Assembly: GCA_000934665.2 (NCBI GenBank)
Contig: JYFJ02000425.1
Span: forward strand, 62,001 to 126,000
Length of the DNA: 64,000 nucleotides
Source of the DNA: Catajapyx aquilonaris
Lineage: Eukaryota
Direction of reading: 5' to 3'
In this document: positions 1 to 14,281 of the stretch, piece by piece
Layout of the letters: each line of letters starts with the position of its first letter
Position numbering within the stretch: the stretch's first letter is position 1
The notes under the pieces: generated by a model
Seen by the model: only the letters and a program-made list of their open reading frames with translations
The model's database searches: none
What the model was told of the DNA's origin: nothing
Program-made: the position numbers and the translations under genes

Positions 1-262
1 TTCCGCTTCTACGCCGACAATCCCGGTAAAGCCCCAGTTTCAAGCTGGAATGTGTAGCAACATGTATATTAACACTATCACCTTTGTTGGTATTTTAGGC
101 TTCTGGTTCATGCATTGCCATATATCAGTACATTTGCACATCGGAATGGCTGTCATTTTCCAAGTAGGAGAATACAGAGACATATATAAAGATAGGTCTA
201 TACCAACCACAACATGCGGACATCGAGAACCACTGACAGAAGAAAGTTATATATTAGGATAA
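1..262 (+). CDS. Laccase-like multicopper oxidase MCO-A, last two exons (gene begins upstream of window)
   Basis: FRFYADNPG, then a GT-AG intron at 26-98, then FWFMHCHISVHLHIGMA (HCH...H...M T1/T3 copper motif). Stop TAA ends at 262. Confidence 0.9.
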   Translation, partial: SASTPTIPVKPQFQAGMCSNMYINTITFVGILGFWFMHCHISVHLHIGMAVIFQVGEYRDIYKDRSIPTTTCGHREPLTEESYILG

Positions 263-1426
263 TAAATATGCTACCTCAAGTGCTACCTACAATGTACGAA
301 ATCTGTGGCATTCTAGAGAATGACTCAAATGGACCGGAAAAGCATGAAATGGTTCTTATTTCACAGGCTGTGGCTGAATCAACTGGTGATTTTTGTTGAC
401 AAATATTATGCTTCTTTTTTATCTTAATTATGTTAGTGTCACTTTTATGAGTTAACAACAAAAAAGTGTAAAGCAATGTGTGCTCACTACTAGGTCAGTG
501 TCCAACGTTCAAAAAGTGTTAATAAATGCAATGAATCATGTTTGCAAAAAGAAGAGGTTCTCTCTGTAAAGCGATTTGGTGGCTTCCCCCTGTGTTCACG
601 ACAGTTTTCTCGGGGTTTTGCAGTAGTTTCCTCCTATACATTCAAAAAATCAGTCAAGAGCACGGCATGAAATACGTAAGGTTTAAAAGAACATCCACTG
701 AAAGGCCCTTTACGATATAGTTTTACTCAATAGCTTCTAGGACCTATTTACAGGAAAACTATGTGAGATGAAACGTTTTAAAAAGAAATCAAGAAATTTT
801 ATTATGCCTTGATCCTGTAACATTTGAAGAGCTATCATTTATGCACAAGCACTTATTAGGTGTAAGTACAATATATGCAGGGAAACTACGGGATGTTCAC
901 CGAATGCTTTGTTGGAACTCGGGGTGTACGAGAGTCAACTCGTATATTAATGGGGGTAGTAATGACGAAGACTCCTTTCATTACACATCATCACTTGCGT
1001 CAGCGAAGCACTTACGCAAGTAATATTATTCGACAATTCGTTCAATGCAATGCAATGGTAAAGTTCTCATTTTGATCTAAAGGTTTTTAAAAATGATACA
1101 AAACAAATTTGTGCCAATTTATTAGAGTAGTTGTGCCTAAAACTACAGTAATTCTGCTTCATGTGGTAAATAACAAAACGTGATTTTGGTGTCCAACCTT
1201 AATCATACCTCTGCGATATCCAATAATAATTTATTATTCAGCAGCAGACGGTTATGCATTCACATTATAATTATTAATAACTGCACAGATGCTCTAAAAT
1301 ATATTGCGCAGCTGGAAAGTCTAAGAACCAATAGAATCTCACCTCCCCATCAATAAACGCGGCACCTTTAAATGCTTGCGCAATTCGCAGCAAACTGTGT
1401 TGTCTGGCAGGCACGAAGAGGTCAAC

Positions 1427-4377
1427 ATGTTTCGGCCCTTGATGTTTGTGGCTTGCATGGCCCTGCTAAAGCCAATGCCTGCAGGGTTTTTGGATGGCAA
1501 GTACTCCAATTTCATCAGTTCACATTGAAAAATCTTATAACGAAAGTTTATAATTTAGGGAATCATTCTTGTAATCGAGTCTGTCGGTGGGGAGACACTC
1601 GAACCTGCGAGTACACATTTATCGTAGAAGATTACCAAACAATGACCCCCCAGTGTGGGCATTGTCCTACACCTGGACACGAATCACAGTGCAACTATTC
1701 AGGTTGCATAGCTGCCGATGGATGGCAGAGAGAGGTAACCGTCATTAACCGTCAGCTACCATCACCAGACATACAGGTTTGCAAAGGTGACAGAGTGAAG
1801 GTCACGGTCATAAACAAGCTTGTAGAAAGTACAAGCATCCACTGGCACGGTCAACATCAAAAGAAAACCCCCCACATGGACGGTGTACCTATGGTCACTC
1901 AATGTCCCATCGAAGGCGGGACAAAATTCGTGTACGACTTTGTAGCTGAGCAAGCTGGGACTATGTTTTATCATTCCCATACAGGTGAGTGATTTTCCCT
2001 GGATTAACATTACCCTATAGAGAGTTACCCTATAGAGATTAACATTACCCTACAGAGAGTGAATGACAATGCTTTTTTTCTCCAAATTTGCTTTGAACTA
2101 ACATAAGTTACATTTTCCCACCCATTATTTCAATATTGTTATTGCGCTTTCAGGGTTCCAGAAGGAAGATGGTGTGTTCGGGCCCTTCGTCATTCGGGAA
2201 GTGAATGATCCCATAAAGTCCTGCTATGACGAGGACATGTTCCAGCATGTCATTATAATCAATGATTGGGCTCGTATCAGAACTGATGCACAATACTCCG
2301 GAACTCTGAGGAAGGAGCCAGATGTTCCGCCACTGGGAATGCTCATTAACGGAAAAGGAGCCAACAAACTATTCGGGTGGTATGAGACGCCTATGGCCGA
2401 ATTCCACGTCCAAAGGGTAAGAAAAGCATTTAGGTGAATTATGAAGCTCAATCTGACACTATTACCATGTGTCACTTCTTTTCAGGGCAGGAGGTATCGC
2501 TTCAGGGCGATTGGTAGCGGCGCTTTCCCTTGTCCTATTCGAGTGTCCATAGATAATCATAAGTTGAACATATTAGCAGTCGATGGTGTACCAGTACAGC
2601 CCACAGAAGGTGATAAAAAATACTTACCTTATCCGATGAGAGACCGACCCCACCTTATGATTTTTCATGATGTGAAACGGGTTTTCCTCTGATTATTCTG
2701 TGAAGTTTTTAATAGGCGTAACATGTCAAAAAGTGAACTGTTTCCGTTACAGTCACATCTTTTGTCATCAACACTGGTGAAAGGTACGACTTTGTCCCAA
2801 AACTTGCAGATAACTCGTACTACTCAAGAGGTAGCTACTGGATCAAAGCTCAAGGTCTGATGAACTGCGCCAGGAACGGAAACAATGCATACCAGTACGC
2901 AGTCCTTCGCTACAATGGAGATAGAAGCACACCTTCTAACCAGAGGAATTACCAGAATGCAGCTCCGTCTGTTGTAAGTGCAATAATTATGATAGTGAGA
3001 AAAGGTGAACTGATTAAATGCCGCCATTCCTCCCTTTCAGCAACCAGCATTGGCCCTGAATGAACCGTTCTTTGATGAAACTGATACCAAGACCGTTCGT
3101 CCAGGCGTATTACTTGTTTCTGACTTGAAGTCACTGGAGAATAAATATCACGATCACAACTTGGACGACACGAGAATTCGTCCAGTGCATTGAGTGTACT
3201 TATTCACCGGACATAAACCTGTACAAGAATTACTAGGGAACCCGTCTTATCCTCTAAAAACACGTAAGAGTAACGTAATAGTACAATTTATTACTAAAGA
3301 CACATTTTATGACTATTCATAAATCTCATTTTGTACAGTAATGTTCGAATAGCCGCATACTACGAAAGATACGGTTCAATGTGGACAATACCATCCAACG
3401 ACATAAGTTTCCGATACCCCACGTATCCCTCAACGCCAGTATTACGATCCCAATTCCTTTTGAACCAACAATTCAAATGGATGGAAATCCTGTTCGACGT
3501 CCTACTGCGAATGTCCACATTTGATCAAACTACCTTACAACAGTGTGATTGAACTGGTAGTAGCGGATTTAGGTAGGGTTTATTCAGTTTTTGATAGTGT
3601 TATTACTGTTCCTGTGTTTAAATCTTCGCGACATGTTTAATTCAAACGAATTGTTAAGGGATTGGTTAGTGGTTTTATTAACCCACCCAGATGTTCAGCC
3701 CACCAGTCCTCCGACCTCCTTGTGAATTTTCAATCGCAAAAGTCTAATTAGTTGAACTTAAACACTTAAGTGTATTTTAATCAATCTCATAAGGCAGCCT
3801 TGATCGCTGACACTGTTTCCAATTGTGTAATCGTCATAACAATAAGTTAATCTTTATTTCTGGAACTGGACATTATCGTATATTTTGATACTTGTAACAC
3901 TGTATTATATTCCAGGGGTACCCTTCGCTTCGTCACATCCTATTCACATTCACGGATATACACCACGAGTGGTCGCTATGAAAAGGTTGGGGGCCAAAAC
4001 CACGGTGGAAGCGGTTAAAAGAGCTGTCGAGAACATGGAGTACAACGGAGAAATGAATTTGAAAAACCCGCCTTACAAAGACACATTAACTACTCCTGAT
4101 GGAGGATTCATCATCTACCGCTTTTTCTCTGACAACCCAGGTAAAGCCCAAGTTTCAAGCTGGAATGTGTAGCAATATGTATATTAACACTATCATCTTT
4201 GTTGGTATTTCAGGATTCTGGCTCATGCATTTCCATATCTCAATACATTTACACATCGGAATGGCTGTCATTTTCCAAGTAGGAGAATACAGAGACATGG
4301 ATAATGTTCGGTCCATACCAACCACAACATGCGGACATCGAGAACCACTGATGGATAAAAGTTACATATTAGGATAA
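1427..4377 (+). pseudogene. Laccase-like multicopper oxidase MCO-B, disabled paralog
   Basis: Signal peptide MFRPLMFVACMALL and motifs HWHG, FYHSH and HPIHIHG are present. Lesions versus MCO-C: in-frame TGA at 3191-3193 (CGA in MCO-C), about 8-nt deletion near 3430 causing a frameshift, TGA at 3461-3463 (TGC in MCO-C), and HCH changed to HFH at 4228-4236. Confidence 0.85.
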
Positions 4378-4481
4378 TAAAATATATAAATTGATCTGAA
4401 TTGAACATGCATTTTCAACATTTTGTTACAGGCGCCACGCAAAATGGTCTTAACCACAAAAGTATGCAAAAACAGTATTTA

Positions 4482-4847
4482 TTTATTTATTTATTTATTT
4501 ATTTACCCCGTGATACAACACTAACTTGGTCGTTATAGGGGGGTGGCAGACCACCATACAGCTTTCTAATTGATTTTACTTCGATCACCGGTGCAAGGAT
4601 TACTAGGAAATAGGCGGGTAAGGGTTGGGGATTTGGGGAGGGTACACATGTGCAGGTGCATTGTCCAGCGATGGGTCAGGTGCAGTCCCCCAGGAGGTCA
4701 GGTTGCCAAGACGCCTCCTTAGGCGCGGGTCACGACCCATTGACGCAAGCGAAATGTTTGTTCCCGGGTGGGGATTTGAACCCGGGACCTTTCGCATAGC
4801 AAGCCGAGACGTTACTATCTCGGCCACCGTGCCTCCGCTCCCCCCAC
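4482..4847 (-). mobile_element. tRNA-derived SINE
   Basis: The minus-strand head has an A-box-like TGGCCGAGATAG and B-box GGTTCAAATCC. There is a (TAAA)n tail near 4482-4505 and a flanking direct repeat AAACAGTATTTA at 4470-4481 and 4848-4859. Confidence 0.8.
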
Positions 4848-5594
4848 AAACAGTATTTAGAAACCTAAATTAATTGCAGTAACATGACATTACTTTCATG
4901 CAGGATTTTTCATTAGTTTGTTCGTAAGTTCCAGTGTTACCGATAAGAAGAATTTCAATATATCTCCCATATTTTGATGAGATTTCAAATAAAATTGTGA
5001 TAGTAAGCCACCTTGTTGTTAACCTTGGTTATGCAGCCTAAACTCGAGAATAATCTTGATCACCCAACACTGGAACCCGGTTTTGCCGAATCTCAACCTG
5101 GTTCTACGTATACTTATGTCGTACGGTACTGCAGGGGAGAAATGAACAGGGAGACACACACTTTACCTTAAATATACACTTGCGTCAGAGAAACTCCCAG
5201 GGCTTACATAAGTATTCTTAGATGAACACAATGAAAAAGTTACCATTCTGATTGACAGATTACAAGCGGCTAAAAAACTGTGCACATTTGTGAGAATTTT
5301 GGCACCTAAAATTCCATAGAAATTTGGTAAATTATTATTTTTAGAGTATACTTGCTAATGGTCCGATAGGAATGCACACATAACCATTTGAATGATAGTC
5401 TGGTAAATTATTTTGGCTGCAGACCTTTACGAAATCATCATAAATAAATGACACATCTAAAAATATTTCTATATGCAGGTGGGAAGTGTAAGAATAAAAT
5501 ACAATCGCACCTTACCATCAGTAACTGCAGCACTTTTAAATATCTGTGCAATCCTTAGCAAACCGTGTTGTCTGGCAGACACGAGGCAGTCGAC

Positions 5595-8180
5595 ATGCTT
5601 CGTGCCTTCGTGCTTATGGCTTTCATGGTCCTTCTGAACCCCACATACGCAGGGTTTTTGACCGGCAAGTACTCCTATATAATAAGTTTATTCGTCAAAT
5701 TCTTATAACGTATACTTTTAGATCCACATCCTTGTAAACGAGACTGTAGATATGGCGGTCCTAAAACCTGCGAGTACGAATTTATCGTAGAAGATCACCA
5801 AACTATGAGCGAGCAGTGCGGCCGTTGTCCTTTAGTCAAAAGCGATTGTGACAGATATGGTTGCATACCTGCCGATGGATGGAAGCGCGACGTAACCGTC
5901 ATTAACCGTCAGCTACCATCACCGGACATACAGGTTTGCCTAAATGACAAAGTGAAGGTCACGGTCATTAACAAGCTTGCAGAAAGTACAAGCATCCACT
6001 GGCACGGCCAACATCAAAAGAAAACCCCCGATATGGACGGTGTACCTATGGTCACTCAGTGTCCCATCGAAGATGGGACAAAATTCGTGTACGACTTTGA
6101 AGCTCTGCAACCTGGGACCATGTTTTACCATTCCCATACAGGTGAGTGAATGTCACTAATATAACCTTACAAATTATTCAATATACAAAGCTAGAAATAT
6201 TACTAACAGTTCCACTGAAGGTATGACATATTCTCAGACCACATAGTCACAATAGTACTGTACACATGTGGTTGATAATGCATAAAAGTGGTCGTCCCAT
6301 CAGGTTTTCAGAAAGAAGATGGTATGTACGCGCCTTTCATAATTCGGGAAGCAAATGATCTCCAAAAGGGCTTGTATGACCAGGACAGGTACGAGCATGT
6401 TATGATAGTCAACGATTGGACACACATCAGGACCGCTGCACACAATTCTGGAACTCTGAGAAAGATACGGGATAATCCACCACTGGGAATGCTCATTAAC
6501 GGTAGGGGCGCCAACAGAACCTACTCGGACAATACCGGAGTTCAATTTGAGACTCCTATGGCCGAATTCTACGTAACTGAAGTAAGTAATTAATTGATCC
6601 TTAGATAAAATTAATCAAAATTATTCAACTCAATCATTCTCAGGGCACCAGGTATCGCTTCAGAGTGGTTGGTAGCGGTGTTTTCCCTTGTCCTATTCAA
6701 GTGTCCATAGATGACCACGATTTGAACATAATAGCAGTCGATGGTATGCCAGTGAAGGCCACAAGAGGTGAGAAGCATATAGCATCATGGGCACCAAATA
6801 TGTCATAATGTGCTACTTTCGCTTCAGTGACATTTTTCGTCATCAACACTGGTGAAAGGTACGATTTTGTGCCACAGTATAATAGTTATGGCAGGCCTAG
6901 TGGTAGCTACTGGATCAAAGTTCGAGGCCTTATGAACTGCGCCAGGAACGGAAACACAGCATACCAGTACGCAGTCCTTCGTTACAATGGAGATACACGC
7001 ACACCTGTTCAACAGAGGAGTTACAACAACGCAGATCCCTCCACAGTAAGTGCGGCGTTGCAAAAAGGGTCAAAGGTGTACTAATTTAAATATCGGCTCC
7101 TTTTCAGCGCCCATACGCAATATCACTGAATGAGCCACTTTATGATGACGATGATTTCAGGACCAGGCGTCCAAGAAAATTGATAGTTGCTGACTTGGAA
7201 GCCATCAGTAACAATTACGATCCTAGCTTGAGGACCGATTTGCCAGTGAATCGAATTTATATATACACTGGTCACAAACGTGTTCTGGAACATGTGAATG
7301 AGCGATATTATCCTCTGAAAACACGTAAGAATGTCACACTGCTATGAATGGTACTCAATCAATATTGCTTAATTTTTATTCTGTACAGTTCGATTACGTA
7401 AAGCCGGCGAGAATGAAGATTCAATGTGGACAATACCGTTCAACAACATCAGTTTCCGATATCCTACCTACCCCTTATTGACGCAAAGCAACTATTACGA
7501 TCCTACGTACTTTTGCAACGATAATAAATACGGCTGGACAGACTGCTCGGGAAAATACTGCGAATGTCCACATGTCATCAAAATACCCCTCAACACAATG
7601 GTTGAACTGATCATAACAGATTTAGGTATGATGACCAAAGTGTACTAGATTTCACTGTAATATGTACAGTAAGATTGTTACAACCCCAATTTCCGTAATA
7701 ATTGTCAGTATATTGAGATTATAATTATGTATACATTATTTTTAGGTGTACCCTTCGCTTCGTCACATCCTATTCATATTCATGGATACACACCACGAGT
7801 GGTCGCCACAGAAAGATTGGGGCCCATGACCACCGTGGAAGAGGTGCAAAATGTTATTAACTACAAACGTTACAAAGAGAATTTGAGGAACCCGCCTTAC
7901 AAAGACACGCTCACTACTCCTGATGGAGGATTCATCATTTACCGATTCTTCGCTGATAACCCTGGTAAACCCTTCAAGCTTCCATGTAGCAACAGTAAAC
8001 TGATTGACTTCTATTGTTTCAGGCTTCTGGTTGATGCACTGTCACATCTCAGTTCACTTGCATATCGGAATGGCTGTCGTGTTCCAAGTAGGGGAATACA
8101 GTGATATGGTGCCAATAACAACAGCCACAACATGTGGACATCCGGAACCACTGACCGAAACAACTTATTACTTGGGTTAA
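5595..8180 (+). CDS. Laccase-like multicopper oxidase MCO-C (9 exons, apparently intact, secreted)
   Basis: Signal peptide MLRAFVLMAFMVLL and Cys-rich N-terminus HPCKRDC...CIPADG. All four copper motifs are present: HWHG, YHSH, HPIHIHG, HCHISVHLHIGM. The exons join in frame. Confidence 0.9.
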
Positions 8181-8984
8181 TAAAATAAACAATTATGAAT
8201 TGCATCAACTCATGTGTTTGCAACACACTTGTCACATTGTTTGGATTTACAAAATTAGGTATTATCCAAAAGTTCTCGAATATTTACCAACCCCGTGCAA
8301 GACAAGTTTCCATTAATGCATCCATTATTCCAAAATTTCACGGACAAAACATTTGACGTTGGTAATATTTTTGCAATCGTAATCATACGTCACCTTTTCT
8401 ACGATGTATTTGACAAATGCATGGAATCGTATACCTGCAACCACATATTATTCTACTTTCCATGACCATGATCGGGAATGTTATTATGTACCCATGACAA
8501 AAGCTTAATATAAATAACATGAGATGCGAATACTTGGAAACATGCGAAATGTTGAGAGCAACACAAGAATTTGAACAGCTACTTCAGATATGACGTAGAG
8601 ATACTGTTATACGTACTGCAAATACGTATACAGCTTAGATAAAAAAGATTTCAAAACCAGTCGTTTGAGCAGTTGCTGCTTTCCCACATTAAGATGCCCA
8701 ATACATAATAGCGTATAACTAAGTATTCATGCATGAAATAGAATGTTTGAAATTCTGAATTTCATAGCAAATAAAACTGTACCATAGTGTACTAGTACCT
8801 GCTGCATCTTGTGTGATAAGTATGATTCACGTACAGGAAACTATTTGTTCATGCAAGGTTGTGCGAAATAAAAACATCGAATAGTGTTTGCAAAACAGGC
8901 CGGAATTTGCAGCAATGGAACACGCAAGGATTTCATCAACCTTTGGCACGTATAGGTAAAATTGCATACGAATTTAAATGTGCC

Positions 8985-9667
8985 ATGAAGGTGATATGTG
9001 CTCTTGTCATTCTTCTAAGCGCCGCCATGTTGTCACTCAGCCTTGATTTTATTGACGTTAAGAAAGGTTTGGACGATGAGCTGGTAAGACATTTATTTAT
9101 TATCTATCATATAGGTGCATTCCAGTAATTAAAACCCGCTGTTTAATTAGTGTGATGAGTGGGCAGATTGGGTTTTGGAGTGTTCCACCAAGGTCTTTCG
9201 CAACAGTGTAGTAAGTCGAACTTTCATCGCTTTTAGCAAGGATATTAAATATTTTTATGGACCCAAATACATTTCAGTGCAAAATCAGGTGCGGATATGT
9301 GAACATGCCTGGAATGGTACGTCCATGCCAAGAGCTTCAATTTTCCATTGATATATGCTGCAGTATATCAACAGGGCACGTGCCACTATATATTGAAGTA
9401 TCCTGTACACCCTATTTTCAGATCAAAAATGGAAAACTGAATGCTGACATGCTAGTGAAAGTGACATCTTGTTTGAATGTTCCTGATATGCTAAAAGAAG
9501 ACATTAATCAATGTTTGAGAAAGGAAGGTCAGTATACTTGGATGAAGTTAGTTGTTAGCACAAAGATTAGCATCAATAATATCATTTTTATTGCAGCTGA
9601 TAAGGTTAAAATCCATATGTGCACCAGTTATCTGGCGATTTATAAATGTTTTGGATTGTACAACTAA
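8985..9667 (+). CDS. Odorant-binding protein (classic OBP cysteine pattern plus two extra Cys), about 124 aa, 5 exons
   Basis: Exons 8985-9083, 9151-9210, 9278-9316, 9422-9527 and 9597-9667 join in frame. Signal peptide MKVICALVILLSAAMLSLS. Cys spacing C2-x3-C3-x38-C4-x12-C5-x8-C6, with a KNGKLN motif after C3. Confidence 0.75.
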
Positions 9668-11739
9668 ACAATGTCGTTGAAAATAACCGGAAGGTGCAGA
9701 TGCAATACATGGTCCAGGTACAGTACATAATGTGTTCACATGATATGCGTAAGTACATGCAGAGAACTAGCTATTTCAAGGACTTAGACACTATTAGAGT
9801 CATATCGTCTCCAAATATTTCTGACATCTTGTAGTATACCGGTATACAAACTTGTAGAAACTAATATTCCACTGATATTTGAATTTCAGACTTCAGGCGG
9901 ATGGATTACTACATCTCAACATTCCTGCACATTATTGGAATGATTTGCACGATCTAGCAAGTGCGTTTACTGGGATTTGAAGTCAGATCATTCGGACAAA
10001 ACCTGTCGGCATCAGAAAAACTTTTCAGCTACCCTTTCACCACAATAAAATAAACATACTCCGAAAGTCACACCTATTTGCAACGTGGTCATTATTTGTA
10101 ATGGAATAAGAGTCTGCCGCGAGATAATCCAGAAGATAACCCCACATTTTTAAATATGGGTAGTTAGAACTGTCGACTAAAAAGCAAGTGGCGAATATAA
10201 CGTATTGATTAATTTTGCATACTCTGAACCGCTAAGATAGAGAAGCATGTCTCAGAAAGAACTTTATCATATTCAATGCGCACTATACGTATATGGTTAC
10301 CGTTCGCCAGCAGAATACCAGTACTGTACAAGATGCGGAAATTAACGTACCGTCATTTTGTGGATGGTAGGGGGCACGGTAGGGGGGTTCTAGGAGGGTC
10401 ATTTTAAGCATAGGTATAGTCATAGTGGGTTTCAGCAACATAGTTACCGAAATAATATTAGCAAGAAATAAAAGTGCATTACTGGTCCTTCATAAAAGGC
10501 GAGTGTGTTACAATAACATTCTAAGCTGCATTTGTCCAAAATCACTTATTAGAACTATTACTTCATTGTTTTTCTAATAAGTGCACTTTACATTATTTTT
10601 TAAATTTTGGATTTATATTCACAACAGTATTAAAGGTGCATCTACGTGCAATACAACTTACTTGATCGACATTATTTCTATGAAAGTCGTACCCAAGAAA
10701 TCAATAATGGCAAAGAGTGCCCATATCCTGTAGCTGAAAAATAAAAACTGAATGGTAAAAAGGTACGGTATATTGAAAATTTAATTAGACTTCAGTCACT
10801 CATATGTCCCTATAAAAAGGTACTGCAAAAATATGCAATTTATGTGTATTATTAATTTATTGTTGAAGGGGGATAAACGCAACTACTAGTTAGGAAAATT
10901 CTCAGATATAGTATCTGCATAAATTAGGGAGGAAATCTTCGATTATGTCGAATTCTGTGCATTACTTATGCCGCATAATGGGAGATTTTTCCTAATTGGC
11001 ATTCATGTACTGTACTGTATATGCAACAGGCCTTCTCCAACCATTGTTCACTCCCTCTTGCGAGTTATGTCACCAAATATTTTATGTAATAATGACCGCT
11101 TATTCCACGTGATGCAGACCTTTCTAACAATTTTAGACGTCACTGTAGCTACCTTAAATTCATGAAAGTGATGCAACAACTGAGAGTTTGATTATCGGAA
11201 CAGCACGTCAAATCGACAATGCAAAAATTGGAATACAAAAAGTGTTGAAAATTATTCCCGAATATAGTTGCTACGTCAAATAGCATTCAGATCTCACGTG
11301 CTGCTGTCCAAGCACATGCTGGTAGTGTACAGCAATCAGGAGTTAAATCTAATGCTAATGTGCACATAAGGAATACAATGAGACCTCTCGTGTGCCGCCA
11401 TTTATGGCACATTGACGCAATTATGTGTAGACTTATGTGTATTAGATGGAAAAAGCAGGTGACAAATACAGCATTTATTAAACGCTATGTTAATTGCGAT
11501 TATTACAAATTAACACTCGTGGTGGTGCTAGTGAACATGAATACAGCATACGACGTAATTTTAAAACGGTACATATTATGCAACTACATGCGAACAGTCA
11601 CTCATATTTATCAGTTGCTTATCCATGCAAAATTGGATTTACAAAGGGGAGGAACATCTGGGAATATTTATGGGACCCATTAGAGATAGACCTTAAATAT
11701 CCGAAGCACACGGGCTAGTGAGGCAGTCAGGTCACAAGG

Positions 11740-14281
11740 ATGGCTGCAGGAACCATGACACACCTAATCTTCCTGTCCATTTGTCTGCTGCTTAGCTTTC
11801 AAGCTTCCCACCAACAAAGTAAGTAAAGTCACAAGAATTGAATGCAACAGTGCTGTACCTTAATGTTGTGCCTCTGCGAACAGGGGGCTGGCATCCGTGC
11901 ACGAGGCGATGTGTAGACGGGCAAACCAAAACATGCAGGTACACATTCGTAATCGAGAACTACTGGACTATGAACAACGACTTCTGCGGCGACTGTCCAT
12001 ACAGTCAAGGTGATTGCTACAACGACGGATGCATCCCCGCCGATGGATGGCAACGAGAAGTGACGGTCATCAACAGACAGCTGCCAGGACCAGACATACA
12101 GGTGACGTGTATTGTCATTGTTACGACTTAATGGTAAACCGTCAATTTTATTATGTGTGCAGGTCTGCTTTGGTGATACGATCGAAGTGCTTGTCGTCAA
12201 CCGCCTGGGATGCACTTCCAGCATCCATTGGCATGGCCAACACCAGAAGAAAACCCCATTCATGGACGGAGTACCTATGCTCACCCAGTGCCCAATCGAG
12301 GCTGGGACTAATTTCACTTACAATTTCGTAGCTGATACCATAGGAACCATGTTTTACCACTCTCACACTGGTATGTGCCAAACCTTCTCCATCTTTTTAC
12401 TCATAATTGTAGACCTATACTATATATACTGGATGTCAAAAAAAAGTTTCGAACAAACGCATCCTGGTGCTACACAAACATCAGCAATTGATGATGTGCA
12501 AATTTTCTACAGAATTTCAAAAAGACGATGGTGTGTATGGATCAATGGTTGTCCGCGAGGACCAGGACACGGACCCCAACGGCGACCAGTACTATTACGA
12601 CCTTCCGGAGCATGTCATCATAGTTAATGACTGGCCGCACGTCACCATGGCAACCTTCTTTGCGGAAATTCAGCGACCAGACCCGGTTGTTCCTCCTCTC
12701 GGGATGTTGGTCAATGGCCTGGGGGCCAACCAGACCTTCACCAGGAACGGTAGGCGATATGAGACTCCACTGGCCATCTTCAGCGTCGATGAGGTATAAG
12801 TGCTCTGATAATGCTGTCCTGCACTTCTCTTCATTTGAATTTTGTTGAACAGGGAACATCGTACAGGTTTCGAGTAATAGGCAGCGGGGTATTCACTTGC
12901 CCCATTCGTTTCTCTATTGATGGCCACACACTGATTGTAATTGCACTTGACGGTGCTCCAGTTCAGCCAACGGAAGGTAATACAGTATACGGTGGATTTG
13001 CAAAGAATCATGACAGCCTTCACACTCTACCATTGTTGCAGTTGATTCGTTCGCGGTTTCATCTGGCGAAAGGGTAGACTTCGTGCTGAGAACAGATGAA
13101 AGTGTGTCAAACTACTGGATCAAACTACAGGGCTTGGTAGACTGCGCCGAAGCCATCGAGAGAACCTTCCAATATGCTGTTCTGCACTATAACGGAGCTG
13201 ACAATTTCTATCCTAGACAGGCGAGGAATTACGATAATGCCGGACGAAGCGGAGTAGTAAGTCCAGCCATCGCGATCGGCCAGACAGAATTGTAAACTTT
13301 CTATTTTCAGTTCTTAAACCCTCCTAACGTAGCTCCAGGAAACCAGTTTGACGTCACAATTGCGGACATTGACGCTAAGATTCCAAACGACAAGAGTCTT
13401 CAAAGAGATGCGGACGTTCAATTATTCTTGTACTCCGACCACAAACCCATCAACGTTAGAGACTTCAACGCTTACAACTTCCCACTGCGCACTGGTGAGA
13501 AAAATACATGTTCAAAATGTCCCAACAAAGCCTTACATATTGTCAAATGTTTCCAGTGAGGACAGTTGAACCCGAGGGCATCTGGACTCTTCCAATCCAA
13601 AACATCAGCTTCCGTTACCCTTCATACCCACTTCTAACCCAGCCTGAGTACTACGACTCCAGGTATCTCTGCAACGCCAACACCATCAACAGGCAATACT
13701 GCGCAAGGTACTACTGCGAGTGTCCTCACGTTGTTAAAATTGCCTACGGTGATGTTGTCGAGCTGGTCATAGTGGACTTGGGTATGTCCTTCTGGAGTGG
13801 GTCACCAGGAGTGACCAGGAGTACTCACCCTCACTGTTTCCACAGGTGTTCCTTTGGATTCGACGCATCCGTTCCATTTGCACGGGCATTCTTTCCGAGT
13901 TGTGGGTATGCAAAGGTTAGGAAGCAGGACAACAGTGGAAGAAGTGGGTAATTACTTCAGACAAGGCCGTGCCAGAAGGAAGTTGAACAGAGCCCCGTTG
14001 AAAGACACGGTCCAAGTTCCTGATGGAGGATATGTCATTGTTCGTTTTGTGGCTGATAATCCTGGTGAGTGTTTAAGTTATCAAATGTCCTTTCTTGTAG
14101 GGTACTTACTTATGAAGCCTTTATTTCAACAGGATTCTGGCTGTTCCATTGTCACGTCGCTTTCCATCTGGAGATAGGCATGGCTATGGTTTTCCAAGTG
14201 GGAGAGTACAGGGACATGAATCTGCCGGAATACAATTACAACTACTGTGGACATCCTGAAGGAAGTAGCGCACGTGCTTAA
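11740..14281 (+). CDS. Laccase-like multicopper oxidase MCO-D (about 10 exons, apparently intact)
   Basis: Signal peptide followed by HPCTRRC...CIPADG. Copper motifs HWHG, YHSH, HPFHLHG and [12 protein letters not shown], plus [11 protein letters not shown] and ADNPG. Confidence 0.9.

Noticed and set aside
2003..2060. Short tandem repeats (TTACCCTATAGAGA x3; also GGCCGTTAAT at 38.8 kb) as CRISPR-like arrays
   Set aside because: No unique spacers, intronic location in a eukaryote, and no cas genes.
3461..3463. In-frame TGA aligned to a Cys codon in MCO-B, read as possible selenocysteine
   Set aside because: The gene also has a frameshift, another TGA at an Arg position and loss of the T1 Cys. 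Pseudogenisation explains all of these.
4760..4840. tRNA-like sequences at 4.8 kb and 20.1 kb as functional tRNA genes
   Set aside because: Cloverleaves are imperfect and each is followed by an unrelated body, a simple-repeat tail and a target-site duplication, as expected for SINE heads.
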